Shown here: piece by piece, positions 50,712-62,011 of the stretch | Position numbering within the stretch: position 1 is the first letter of the stretch | Layout: each line of letters opens with the position of its first letter | NCBI GenBank assembly: GCA_963750165.1 | Contig: CAVVPN010000003.1 | Location: 1,824,001-1,888,000 of the forward strand | Source: an uncultured Gemmataceae bacterium | GTDB taxonomy: Bacteria; Planctomycetota; Planctomycetia; Gemmatales; Gemmataceae | DNA: 64,000 nt | Direction: 5' to 3' | Made by a program: the position numbers and the translations under genes | The notes under the pieces: generated by a model | What the model was told of the DNA's origin: nothing | Database searches by the model: none | The model's input: the letters and a program-made list of their open reading frames with translations, nothing else

Positions 50712-52424
50712 ATGCCCATCGCATTTGGCTGCCATCAGTGCGGCAAGCAACTTCAGGCCCGCGATGAGTTTGCCGGCCGGCGCCTGAAGTGCCCCGGTTG
50801 CGGCACCATCCTGACCATCCCCGGCGGAGCCGCCGCCGCACCCCCGCCCATGCTACAAGAGTCGCCGCCGCCGCCGCCGTCCAGCCCGGCCGCACCGGCC
50901 GTGGTGACGTTCGTCTGCGTCTGCGGCCGGCGCATGAAGGCACGCATCGCCGACGCTGGCAGCGAGGTCGAGTGCCCCGACTGCTCCCGGTCGCTCGTCA
51001 TCCCCAGCGAGGACACGGACGTGCCGCCGGTCGCGCCGCCGCCACCGGCCGCGGTGCAGGAGGAGCCGGCGGAGGAGCAGAACGGTCAGCCGGAGCCGAT
51101 CCCGGAACTGCAGCCCGAGCCCGTCGCCCCGGTGCCGACGCCGGCGCGGGCGGCGTTCAACCCCTGGATAGATCGCTCGCTGGAGCAGCGCACCGCTCCG
51201 TGGAAGGACGAGGACACCCGGCAGCGCAACGCCGACCGTCGTCGTGGCAACAGCGACCGTGTTGGCAGCGATCTGGTGGGCGGCCTGCAAGTGCTCCTGC
51301 TGATCGTCGTCGTGGTGTTCGGCATCTGGTTCTGGTCGGGGCTCGGGGCCAGCGAGAAGGGCGGGGACAAGGCGGCGCTGGAGGCCGAGGCCCGGGCGGC
51401 TTATGCCAAGTTCACGGCGTTGGATCTGCTGCCGGTGGAGACTGCGGGCGTGGTCGTAGAGCACTTTGACCAGCAAGGCGCGGAGGAACAGCAACTGGTC
51501 TTCCTCATGCCTGTTGACCCCGCAAAACCGAAGTCGCCACCGGCCTGGGTGCGACTGATCGCCGGCAAGAAGCCAGCGAACGCGACCGTGCTGGCCAACA
51601 ATTTCCTCGGCCCCAAACACCACATCGAGAAACACCAGCACCTCACCCTGTACGTCCGAGACGCCCCTGAACCCCCCGCCCCGCGCCCCGGAAAAGGTAT
51701 CAAACCCCCGCCGCCGCCGCCGCCGCCGGTGGCTTTGTGGGTAGTGAACGACCACCTGGTCGCCGAGGGCCTGCGCGATGCGCTCCTGAGGCTGATCGAG
51801 CGCGGCCCGAAACCGGAGCTGCGGAACCCGCTGCGCCTCCTGCTCGCCGCGGCGCCCAGGGCCAACCAGTTGATCGCCGTCAACCTCAAAGCCTTCCAGG
51901 GCCGGCCGCTCCCGAACCTGCCGAACTCGCTCGAAGTCTACGGGAAGCCCGCGGCCGTGCTCATCACGCGCAACGCGCGCCCCGTCCCCGTCCTGATATT
52001 CCAGTTCACCTACGACACACCGGCGCAGGCCAAGGCGGCCTTCAAGGCCGCTGAGCAGCGCCGGCAGCACGTGTGGGACGCCCTGAAGCAGAAACGGGCT
52101 GAGTTCGTCAACAGTCGCCGCGCCGCCTGGGTGGCCGTGACACTGCTCGAACAGGTTCCCGTCGCACCGCGTCCCCTGGGACAGTTCGCCATACCGGCGG
52201 TGCTGCTGGCCGAGTTGCCGGCCCCGCCACCGTTGCCCCCGGAGCTGGTGAACGTTGACGTCCCGCCGCCCGGCTGGAAAATCTGGTCGAAGGGCAACAC
52301 GCTGCACCAGGAGTTTGCGGACCAGCCCGCCTGGCCGGCGGCGCAGCAGCGCTTCAACCAGTTGACTCCCTGGGTCAACCACTACCGGTTCCTGGCGCTG
52401 ACCGCCGCGCCGCCGCGCAAGTGA
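50712..52424 (+). CDS. zinc-ribbon membrane protein, hypothetical
   Basis: Two CxxC..CPxC ribbons, Pro-rich linker, central TM. Confidence 0.7.
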   Translation: MPIAFGCHQCGKQLQARDEFAGRRLKCPGCGTILTIPGGAAAAPPPMLQESPPPPPSSPAAPAVVTFVCVCGRRMKARIADAGSEVECPDCSRSLVIPSEDTDVPPVAPPPPAAVQEEPAEEQNGQPEPIPELQPEPVAPVPTPARAAFNPWIDRSLEQRTAPWKDEDTRQRNADRRRGNSDRVGSDLVGGLQVLLLIVVVVFGIWFWSGLGASEKGGDKAALEAEARAAYAKFTALDLLPVETAGVVVEHFDQQGAEEQQLVFLMPVDPAKPKSPPAWVRLIAGKKPANATVLANNFLGPKHHIEKHQHLTLYVRDAPEPPAPRPGKGIKPPPPPPPPVALWVVNDHLVAEGLRDALLRLIERGPKPELRNPLRLLLAAAPRANQLIAVNLKAFQGRPLPNLPNSLEVYGKPAAVLITRNARPVPVLIFQFTYDTPAQAKAAFKAAEQRRQHVWDALKQKRAEFVNSRRAAWVAVTLLEQVPVAPRPLGQFAIPAVLLAELPAPPPLPPELVNVDVPPPGWKIWSKGNTLHQEFADQPAWPAAQQRFNQLTPWVNHYRFLALTAAPPRK

Positions 52425-52454
52425 CCGACGCCGGCCGCGGCCAGGAGGACGCGC

Positions 52455-53827
52455 ATGGGCACCCTGCCCGAACTGATCGCCCAGAGCCAGACCACAGAAG
52501 AAGCGTTCCTGCGGCACATCTTCATCCGCGATCAGATGGCGGAGTGGAGCAAGGCGCCGCTGCTCATGGCCCGCGCCGAGGGCGTCCACTACTGGGACGT
52601 GAACGGCAAGCGTTATCTGGACGCGCTGTCCGGCATTTACGTCGTGTCACTGGGCCACGGCAACCGCCGCGTCATTGAGGCGGTGCGGCAACAGCTGGAG
52701 ACGCTGCACTTCTCGCCGCCGATGCACGGCAGCAATCCGTGGGCGGTGCAGCTGGCGAACCTGCTGGCGGAGCTGGCCCCCGGCGATCTGTCGGCGGTCA
52801 AGTTCCAGTGTGGCGGCGCCGAGGTGACCGAGGCGGCGATCAAGCTGGCCCGGCAGTACCACAAGCTGACGGGCAACCCCGGCAAGTACAAGGTCATCAG
52901 CCGCTACCAGTCGTGGCACGGCTCGACGCTGGGAGCGCTGTCGGCGTCGGGGCTGAAGTCGCGCCGCACGGTCAACGAGCCGCTGGCCCCGGGCTTCATC
53001 CACGTTTTCCCGCCAACCTGCTACCGCTGTCCGTTCGGCAAGACCTACCCCGACTGTGGCGTCACCTGCGCGACGCTGGTGGGCGACGTGATCGAGCTGG
53101 AAGACCCGGCGACGGTGGCGGCGGTGCTGGTGGAGCCGATCGGCCACACCGGCGGCGTCATCGACCCGCCCGAGGAATACCTGCCGATCCTGCGGGAAAT
53201 CTGCGACCGGCACAACGTACTGCTGATGTTCGACGAGATCATCACGGGCATCGGCCGCACGGGGCGGATGTTCGCAGCGGAGACGTTCGGGGTGCTGCCG
53301 GACGTGCTCTGCCTGGGCAAGGGCCTGGGCGGCGGTTACGTGCCGCTGTCGGCGCTGATCTGCCGGCAGCCGATCGCGGACGCCTTCTGGGGCCCGGCCG
53401 CGGAGAACCCGGGCTTCGTGGAGGGGCACACCTTCGAGGGCAATCCGGTGTCGTGCGCCGCCGGCCTGGCGGTGCTGCGCGAGATCGTCGAGCGCGACCT
53501 GTGCGGCAACGCCCGGGCGCAGGGGCGCGACTGCGGGCGGGCTTCGAGCGGTTGGCCGAGCAGCACGGCGTCATCGGCGACGTGCGCGGCAAGGGGCTGT
53601 TCCAGGCGGTCGAGTTCGTGCGTGATCGGCGGACGAAGGAGCGCTTCGCGCTGGAGCCGGGCTTTGGCGTGCGCGTTGGCCGGCGGGCGCTGGCCAACGG
53701 GCTGCTGTGCCGCTTCGACCCGCACTGGATCGCGTTCGGGCCGCCGCTGATCTCGACCGCGGCGGACATCGACGAGATGCTGGCGCTGCTGGAGCGCAGC
53801 CTGGTGGAGGTGCTGGCCGGGCTGTAA
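52455..53827 (+). CDS. class III (PLP) aminotransferase (frameshift near 53525)
   Basis: GKRYLDALSG, GAEVTEAAIK, SWHGST, FDEIITGIGRTG, LGKGLGGG, GHTF.GNP, DVRGKGL. Confidence 0.92.
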
Positions 53828-54102
53828 CGCGATGGTGGCGCTCATCGACAGTCTTCCCGCCCACCAACGGCACCGCGTCCTGAATTGGTTCTTGCTCTGA
53901 TTTTCTGGCGTTCGCCAGAACCCCGCTGCCGAAGTTTAAGCAATACCTCACCCCTTCCCAACCGTTCCCCGGCAATCAGGCACCCACGCTCCAGGCGAAG
54001 TAGTCCCGCGGCCGGTTGCCGTCCGCCGCCGCCGTCCGTACACCTTCCCCGCGCCCGCCGTCATTCCGCATCCCGCACCACCTTCGCCAAAAGGGGCCTC
54101 GC

Positions 54103-55578
54103 ATGAGCCGCTTCTCTCCGCCGCTCGCGCTGCTGGCGCTGGCGCTGGCCGCGCTGCCGGCCGCCGCGCAGCAGCCGCCCGCCGTCAAGGGCAAGAAGAT
54201 GAACGTCCTGTTCATCGCCGTGGACGACCTCAACAACCGCCTCGGCTGCTACGGTGATCCCGTCGTCAAATCGCCCAACATCGACAAGCTCGCCCGTCTC
54301 GGCGTTCGCTTCAACCGGGCCTACTGCCAGTTCCCGCTGTGCAATCCCAGCCGCGCCTCCATGATGACCGGCCTGCGGCCCGACAAAACCAAGGTTTACG
54401 AGAACGCGACGCACTTCCGCAAGAACCTGCCGAACGCGGTCACCATGGCGGAGTTCTTCAAGAACCACGGCTACCTCACCATCCGCATTGGCAAGATTTT
54501 TCACTACGGCGTGCCCGGCCAGATCGGCACCTCCGGCCTGGACGACAAGCAGTCCTGGGACAGGGTCATCAACCCCATCGGCCGCGACAAGAAGGAAGAG
54601 AACCTGCTCAGGAACGCGACGAAGAACCAGAAAAACCTCGGTGCCGCCCTGTGCTGGCACGCCTCCGAGGGCACTGACCGCGAGATGACCGACGGCATTG
54701 CCGCTGACGAGGCCATCAAAATCCTGAAACAGAAGCACGACAAGCCCTTCTTCCTGGCCGTCGGGTTCTATCGGCCGCACGTGCCGTGGATCGCCCCGAA
54801 GAAATACTTCGACATGTACCCGCTCGACAAGATTCAGGTGCCGAAGGAGCAGCACCGCGACCAGGCGCCGAAGCCGGCCCTGGCCTCGACCAACGGCGAC
54901 AACTACGGCCTGCCCGAGAAGGACCTGAAGGAAGCCATTCAGGCATACTTCGCTTCCACAACGTTCCTGGACGCCCGTGTCGGCGAACTGCTCGACGAAC
55001 TGGAGCGGCAGGGGTTGCTGGAAAACACCATTATCATTTTGTGGGGCGACCACGGCTGGCACCTCGGCGAGCACGGGCTGTGGCAGAAGATGAGTCTGTT
55101 CGAGGAATCGGCGCGGGTGCCGCTGATCGTGTATGCGCCGGGCAACAAGGCCGCCGGCAAGGCCTGCAATCGCCTGGCCGAGTCCATCGACATCTACCCG
55201 ACCTTCGTCGATCTGGCCGGCTTCAAGGTGCCGAACAAGCTCGACGGCATGAGCCTGAAGCCGTTCCTGGACGACCCGACCAAACCGGGCAAGAAGGCGG
55301 CGTACACACAGGTGATGCGCGGCGGCGGCAAGAAGGAGAACGCCTTCATGGGCCGCAGCGTCCGCACGGAGCGCTGGCGCTACACCGAGTGGGACGCCGG
55401 CAAGAAGGGCGTCGAACTGTACGACCACGACGCCGACCCGAAGGAACTCAAGAACCTCGCCAGGGACCCCAAATACACCAGGGTCATTGAGGAGTTGAAA
55501 GCGCTGCTGGAGCACCCCGACCGGGCCGCGGCGCTGGGGCCGGCGCCGCCCACCGTGACCGCGGCAGAGAAGAAATGA
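54103..55578 (+). CDS. sulfatase (iduronate-2-sulfatase-like)
   Basis: [15 protein letters not shown] formylglycine motif, [23 protein letters not shown]. Confidence 0.93.
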   Translation: MSRFSPPLALLALALAALPAAAQQPPAVKGKKMNVLFIAVDDLNNRLGCYGDPVVKSPNIDKLARLGVRFNRAYCQFPLCNPSRASMMTGLRPDKTKVYENATHFRKNLPNAVTMAEFFKNHGYLTIRIGKIFHYGVPGQIGTSGLDDKQSWDRVINPIGRDKKEENLLRNATKNQKNLGAALCWHASEGTDREMTDGIAADEAIKILKQKHDKPFFLAVGFYRPHVPWIAPKKYFDMYPLDKIQVPKEQHRDQAPKPALASTNGDNYGLPEKDLKEAIQAYFASTTFLDARVGELLDELERQGLLENTIIILWGDHGWHLGEHGLWQKMSLFEESARVPLIVYAPGNKAAGKACNRLAESIDIYPTFVDLAGFKVPNKLDGMSLKPFLDDPTKPGKKAAYTQVMRGGGKKENAFMGRSVRTERWRYTEWDAGKKGVELYDHDADPKELKNLARDPKYTRVIEELKALLEHPDRAAALGPAPPTVTAAEKK

Positions 55579-55643
55579 GGGGGTGAAGGGGTGAGGGGGT
55601 GACAAGACAGGGTTAGCTGCCTTTCACCCCCTCACCTCTTCAT
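55576..55643. repeat. inverted octamer repeat hairpin between convergent genes
   Basis: GAGGGGGTGAAGGGGTGAGGGGGTGA...TTCACCCCCTCACC. Confidence 0.7.
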
Positions 55644-55646
55644 CCG

Positions 55647-58600
55647 TCACGGCCTGGGGATCGGCGGCAGGTTGCCGAGGAAGATCTGCTCCTCTTCCTC
55701 GTTGATGATGATGCGGGCAGTCACCATCACCATCAGGCTCTGCGCCTCGCGGCCATAGCCGACGTTCTTGAACAGGCGGCTGATGTACGGAATCTTGCTC
55801 AGCACCGGCGGCCCGAATTCGTTCCGCCCTTCCGACAAGGTTTTGTATCCGCCCATCAGCACCGTGCCGCCGTCCGGAATCACCACGGTCGTGTTCAGCG
55901 TGATCGTCGAGGCGGCCGGCTGCTGGAAGAACGTCTGGAAGATCACCGGCTGCGTCGATTGGATGTTGTCCTGGAACAAATTGTTCACGGGGATCTGGAT
56001 CGGCACCAGCGGCACCGTGGCCGACGCCAGGTTCGTCAATTGGGGCGCCAGGTTCATGCGCACGAAGCGCCGATCCGCGGACACCACCGGCGTCACGTTC
56101 AACGCCAGGCCGAAGAAGATCGGGTTGTTCTGCGGCTGGAACACCAGCTGCGAACCGAACGGCACCACGTTGATCTGGCTCAGGAAGAACTGGGCGTCCT
56201 GCACCTGGATGAATGCGTTCTGACCGTTGAACACCGTGATCTTCGGCGCCTGCATGACGTTGGTGCGGCGGTCGCCCTGGGCGGCCTCGATGAGCATGAA
56301 CACCTGGATGTCGCTCAGGAACGCCAGGCCCAGCGTCAGGCCGCCGTCGGCCCCGAGCGTGCCGGGGTAGCCACCGAACGGCGGCAGGCTGAAGTCGAAA
56401 CTGCTGTTGTTGATCGGCACACCCAGGTCCGGCGTGAACGTCCCTGCCGGCGTCAGACCGGAGAAGAAGTTCTGCGGCCGGAAGGCGTTGATGTAGCCCG
56501 CCGGCTGGAACTGCTGCGTCACCAGTTGCGGCTCGTACCGCGCACTGTTGTTGGTGATGTTCACGTCGAAGTTCACACCGATACGCTCGAAGAACGCCTC
56601 GCTGACCGACACCAGCCGCAGCTCAATCGCCACCTCCAGGTCCTGCAACCGCCGCAGCGCCGCCAGCAGATCGACGATCTGTTCCTGGATGTCCTGCGTC
56701 TGGTTGACCACCAGCGCCAGGCCCAGTGGGTAGTACTGGATGGTGCCCTTGCCGCCGACCGGCTCCCAGGTGTTGGGCTCCACCGTGTGCGTGACGAGCT
56801 GCATCAGCAGGCCTTCCAGCGTCGGATCCTCGCGGTCGTTCTGCCGTTGACCAGCCACGCCGCCGCCACTGAAGCCGCCGCCCGCGCCACCGCTGCTGCC
56901 GTTACCGCTGCTGTAACCGCTGCCCATCGTGCTGTCGCTGACCACCTGGCCGCCCTTGAGCGAGAATGGCCCCATGAACGGCGTCGGCCCGGCATAGTTG
57001 TAGTTCAGCGGCTGGATGTGCCGCGTCATCGACTTGTTGAAGTCCGCCACCGCCGGCAGCGAGTGGTTCGGCACCGGCACCACCAGGTCCGCCACCGGGT
57101 AGGTGACGATCTTGAGCCGGCCCTTGGCGTGCTCCTCGGTCGTCACGTTCAGCACTTCGTTGCCGATCACGTAGGTCAGCTTGGCCTGCTTGAGCAGCAG
57201 GTTCAGCGCCGACTTCAGCGAGATGTTCTCCACCTTGAGCGACAGCTGCTGGGTCATGCTGATGTTGGACTCTTCCAGGGCGGCGATGTCCGGGACGATG
57301 TTCATGTTGGCGATGTTGCTCAGGTCGCTGAGCACGTCCTTGAGCGGTACGTCCTTGTACGTCAGGCTGATTGGCTTGAGCAGGTCACGCTCGATGCCGC
57401 GCTCCCGTGGGCTGCGCGTCACCGGGTAGATCGCTGACAGGTCCGCGCGCTTTTTCACCACGTCATTCCAGCGCTGGGCGTCGCCGAAGGTCAGGGGCCG
57501 TTTCATGTTGTGGACCGCGCCCGGGTCATCGGAATCGCCATTCTCGTTGTACCAGTGCTCCCAGTTCTGTTCGACACGCTCGCTGCGCTGCTTGCCGTCG
57601 GCGGCGTCAGCATTGAGGATGGCGGCCTGGATGGCGAGGTTGTCCGGGTCAATGTCCCTGCCCTTGCAGGCAATCAGCCACGCCTCGCGGAACTTGCCCT
57701 GGCGGTAAAACTGGTTGTACTGCTTCATGATGTCCGCGATCTGGGCGTCCTTTTGAGCCCGGTCTTCCAGCCGCGCCTTTTCGGCGTGGCTGCCGTCCAT
57801 CGTGCGTGTCTGGCGCATCTGCTTCATCAGTTCTTCCTGCACCTTGAGCATCTTGTACTCGCCGGTGCGCCGCTCGACCGAACGCCGCAGCACGGCAATG
57901 CGGTCGGACGACAGCCGCGCCTCGGACAGGCTGGCGTCGAAGGCCCGCAAGATGTCCAGGGCCTGGTCGTATTCGCCGGCCTTGGCAGACGCCATCGCCC
58001 GCCGCTCCACGTCGAGCTTCTCGGCGTTCAGCTTCTGGAACTGAATGCTCTCCATCATCTTCATCTCGGCCAGGGCGGTATCGCCCGCCTTGCCCGTGCC
58101 GGGGCCGACCTGCTCGGGCATGCCCGGCGCGAAGGGCGCCAGGCCCGGCTTGCCCAGGTCCTGGACGCCAGCCTGCACGACCGCCTTGCCGCTGTACGGC
58201 GCCATCATGGGCTGCATTTCCTTGGTGGCCATGATCTCGCGCAGCCGGCTCCGACGGTCGTCCGTCAGCAGCCGCTCGTCCACGCTGGTGATGGCGATGT
58301 ACGCCTGCTTGTAGTCCTGGTGCAGGAAGGCGTCGTAGCCCGCGTCGAAGTTGCGGTTGACGGCCAGCTGCTTCTGGGCCAGCTCCTCCGTGTCGATGCT
58401 GCGGAGCACGTCGGCCGCGGCCGCCTGCAGGCCGTATTGCGGCTGGTACGCCTCTTCCGCCAGCGCCCGGGCCTCGCGCGTCTTGCCGGCCCGCAATTCC
58501 AGGCGCGCCTTGTCGAGCAACTCCAGACCGTGCTTGCGCGGGTCGGCCTTCGTCTGCGCGACACCAATGGGCGGCAGGGTCGGAACCTGGGCGATGGTCG

Positions 58601-60676
58601 GCGGCACCGGCGGCAGCTGGGCGATGGTCGGCGGCACCGGCGGCACCTGGGCGATGGCCGGGGCGGGACCGCCGCCGCGCTGCAGCTGCCGCAGCCAGTC
58701 GGTCTTCTGCTCGATGGGCGCCTGGTCATGGTGGAAGACGGCGGCCAGCTGCCGGGCCTGGCCGAGCAGTTCGGCCGCCTTCTGGAAGCGGGCCGGATCC
58801 TGGCTGCGCACGGCGGTGTCCTCGGCATTGCGGAGCAGCACCTGCACCCGGGCCGTGGCGTTCACGCCGAGCGTCTGCAGCACCTGCGCGGGCGTGTCCT
58901 CACCCGGGCCGAAGGTGACGCCGCCCTTCTGAGCCTGCAGCGCCCACTGCTGCGCCTCGTTGGCCTTGATGCCGGCCTCGACCAGCTTGCCCTGCCGCTC
59001 CAGCACTTGTGCCTCGATCAGCAGTTCGCGGGCAGTGTTGCGTGCCTGCAGGGCGAGGACGGACGGCTGCGCCGGTTTGTTGTCGTGGACGTTCGGGGTG
59101 GACCGGTTGTTCTTGACGACGGGGGTGCTCTGCTTGCGCTGGTTGGCCTCGGTGACCTCGATCTCGTTGAGCAGCCAGTCGGCGCGGTCGCCCAGCTCCA
59201 GGATGCCGTACGGCCCGTGCAGCTGGCGCGCCCGATACGCCTTGGCCTTGGCCTCGGCCAGTTCGCCGCGCTGGAAGTGCCGGCGAGCCTCCTCGGTCAG
59301 TTTGATGGACTCCTCACGGTTGCGCCAGGCCCGCTCGCGGCGGATTTCATGGTGCAGCTTGTCCGGCGAGTCCTCGAACAGGCCCCAGTGCGTCGGCAGG
59401 CTGGCGGCGCAGGCGCAGAGCCGCTCGGCCTCGTCGAGCTTGTGCTGCTGCAACTGTTCGCGGGCCTGACGCAGAACCTGGCGCGGATCTTCCTTGTCCT
59501 TGACCACCTGCGGATTGGGCCGCAGGTCACCGCTGAGCGGCGGGCCGTTCCGGGCGAAGTTCGGATCGGCGCCGGCGCGCCGCCCTGGGAGCGGCGGTAA
59601 ATCTCCGCCAGCATCTTGTCCGGGTTGTCGTCCCACCACTCCAGGCGCGGCCGCAGTGCCTTGGCCTCCAGGGCGAGGTTCTGGGCCTTTTGCAGATCGT
59701 TGGCCGCCAGCGCCTGCCTGGCCTGCTGGAGCTTGACGCGGGCCTTGACCGTCTCGACGCTGACGGGCTGGGCGCCCTGCGGCGGCTGGGCCGGCGGCGG
59801 CGGGGCGGTGGCGGCGGGACCGGCGACGGTGGACGGCGTGTTCGGCGCCAGCGACGGCGGGCTGGAGTTCGTGGTGTGCGGCACGGCCGGAGGCTGCTGG
59901 GAGCCATCCGCCGGGCCGCGAGCGAACATGCCCTTGACGGCGTTGATCGGGGCCATCAGCGGCGAGGACGCCTCCTGCTTCTCGGGCGGCCGCGAGGCGG
60001 CCTGCTTGGCGCGGGCGGCCTGCACGTCTTGCAGCAGTCGGGCGGGGCTGTCGTCCCAGGGCCGCAGCCACTGCGGAATGATGCCGCCGTTGGCCTTCTC
60101 GGCCTGTTTGCCCAGGGCCTCGGCGCCGTTGAGATCGCCCTGTTGCAGCGCAGCGCGGCCCTGGGTGAGCAGCGTGCGCACGTCGGCCGGCGGCGCCGCC
60201 GGGGTGGCGGCCGGCGCGGTGCGCAGGCGGTCGCCGAGCTGGTCGCGGAGCTGCTTGTCGCCCGCGGTCAGGTACTGGTTGGCCTGCACTGATTTGAGCA
60301 GGTCGGCGGCCTCCTGGGTCTTGCCCAGTTTCAGGGCGTCGTCGGCACGGCGGAGGCGGTCCTGGCCGTCGCGCTGCGACTGCAGCGCCGTGGTGTTGCG
60401 GCGCACGAGGTCTTGCAGGTCCTTCTGCTCATCGGGCAGCAACTCATTCTGGTTATTCTGCACCTGCAAGAAGTACAGGGCGGCAGCCTGGAAGTCGCCG
60501 CGGCTGTAGAGGTCGCGGGCGCGCTGCAGGTTGGCCCGCGCCCGGCCGGTCGGCTGGCCGTCCGTGACCTGGCCCGGTAGTATGCTCGTTGACAACAGCG
60601 TCAGCAGCAGGGCCGCGAGCGCACCCGTGCCGAACCACCGCCTGCGCCACCCCAACATTGCCTTCAAGCTACCCAC
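55647..60676 (-). CDS. very large type II/III secretion-type secretin (GspD-like, ~1680 aa; frameshift near 59577)
   Basis: AAAGGAGG SD and GTG start, signal peptide; C-terminal LAALRRLQDLEVAIE, QAPKITVFNGQ, PVVSADRRFVR, TTVVIPDGGTVLMGG, PVLSKIPYISRLF, MVTARII. Confidence 0.9.
58587..58657. repeat. in-frame 30-bp tandem repeat (IAQxPPVPPT) inside the secretin gene
   Basis: CTGGGCGATGGTCGGCGGCACCGGCGGCA repeated. Confidence 0.8.
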
Positions 60677-60866
60677 CCTTGGCCTCCTTTCCCCGGTCGG
60701 ACCCCCGCTATTTCCGGCGCGGCGGCAGAGCACGTCCTGACGCCGCCCCGCGCCGAAGCCGTCCCGGCCGCGCCGCCGCCGCACGCCATCCCCAGGGCGT
60801 CGCGGCACCGACGTGGCGCGGCCGGAAATGTATTTTTCGCTCAAGTAGGGACAGTTAAGCGACGGG

Positions 60867-60895
60867 ACCATAGCGACCGGGCCGCCGGCAGTCAA
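60867..60895 (-). promoter_or_regulatory. putative sigma70 promoter of the secretin gene
   Basis: TTGACT-17nt-TATGGT on minus strand. Confidence 0.55.
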
Positions 60896-60914
60896 GGCCG
60901 TCTCGCAGCCCCCT

Positions 60915-61018
60915 GGCGAGCGGCGCGGCGTCAGCCCGCCGGTACTTCAAAATACCGGCGCGGCGTCAGCCCACCGGTACTTCAAAATACCGGCGGGCTG
61001 ACGCCGCGCCGCTCGCCG
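60915..61018. repeat. REP-like palindrome with internal 32-bp duplication
   Basis: GGCGAGCGGCGCGGCGTCAGCCC ... CCGGTACTTCAAAATACCGG x2 ... GGGCTGACGCCGCGCCGCTCGCC. Confidence 0.85.
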
Positions 61019-61041
61019 AAGCATGAGCCACGCTGGGGGAC

Positions 61042-61926
61042 TTACCGATCCTTCCCCTTGTCTGATTCTTCCAGCACAGGCCGCGCCACCCGCACGCCGA
61101 ACTCACCCAGCGTCTCGAACGCGAAGCGGCGCACATCGTACCGCTTTTTGCCGTCGCCGGTCGAATACCCGGGGTCACGGAGCAGCGACTTCAGCAACTG
61201 GATGTTGTGGTCGTTCTTGAAGTGCTTCAGAATCCGCACTCCGGTCAGGCGGTTGTAGTATTCCTTCGACGCACACCACCGCCGGCCCTGCACCTCCAGG
61301 TCCGCATCCACGGGGACCGTCAGCAGGACCGAACTGCCGGCGTACAGTTTTTGGAACAGCTCCGTGCCCCACGGAACATCCAGCGTGTGCTGCTTCGGAA
61401 CCTGGCCCGTGGGGTGCAGGGCAGCAATGCGCTCGACGCGCTTCAGCAGGGCGGTCGGCTCGGTGAGGATTTTGAAATCGCGCGTGTAGACCGCACTGGT
61501 GCCGGACAGGCGCCGCAGCCCCTTGGCCAGCGGGAAGGCGTCAAAGCTGTTGCCGTCGTCGCGCAGCACCCACGGCACGTCCGCGGGCAAGCCGGGGTCT
61601 TTTTTCCGGCCGCGCTCGTTGCTGACCAGGCAGAAAAGCATGGGCTGTCCCGCCTTCTGCCAGTCTTTTGCGACGGGACCGTTGTAGCTGGGCAGCGCGA
61701 ACGTCAGCCGTTCGGCGGCGTTGCCCTTGAAAATCCGCGTCGGCCGCACCGTGACCACCTCGAACTTGCCCGCCTTCTCCACCTTGATGACGACGCCGAC
61801 GCCCACCCAGTCGGAGTCGGCGATGGCCCAGTCGATGCTCTCGGCGACCACGGTTTCGGAGCGAACCGCGGTCGGGACCAGGGCGCAGACGCCGAGCGCG
61901 ATCAGGATCAGCGGCGTGCGTGGCAT
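61042..61926 (-). CDS. secreted hypothetical protein
   Basis: AAGGAGG SD, signal peptide, host-like codon usage. Confidence 0.7.
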   Translation of the reverse strand: MPRTPLILIALGVCALVPTAVRSETVVAESIDWAIADSDWVGVGVVIKVEKAGKFEVVTVRPTRIFKGNAAERLTFALPSYNGPVAKDWQKAGQPMLFCLVSNERGRKKDPGLPADVPWVLRDDGNSFDAFPLAKGLRRLSGTSAVYTRDFKILTEPTALLKRVERIAALHPTGQVPKQHTLDVPWGTELFQKLYAGSSVLLTVPVDADLEVQGRRWCASKEYYNRLTGVRILKHFKNDHNIQLLKSLLRDPGYSTGDGKKRYDVRRFAFETLGEFGVRVARPVLEESDKGKDR

Positions 61927-62011
61927 GGCTTCCTCCTTCAGTGTCTGGCGGCTCTCTGGTTACCAGACGACGACCCCGGTCGTAAAGTTTGGTCGCGCCT
62001 GAGTAGGGGCG

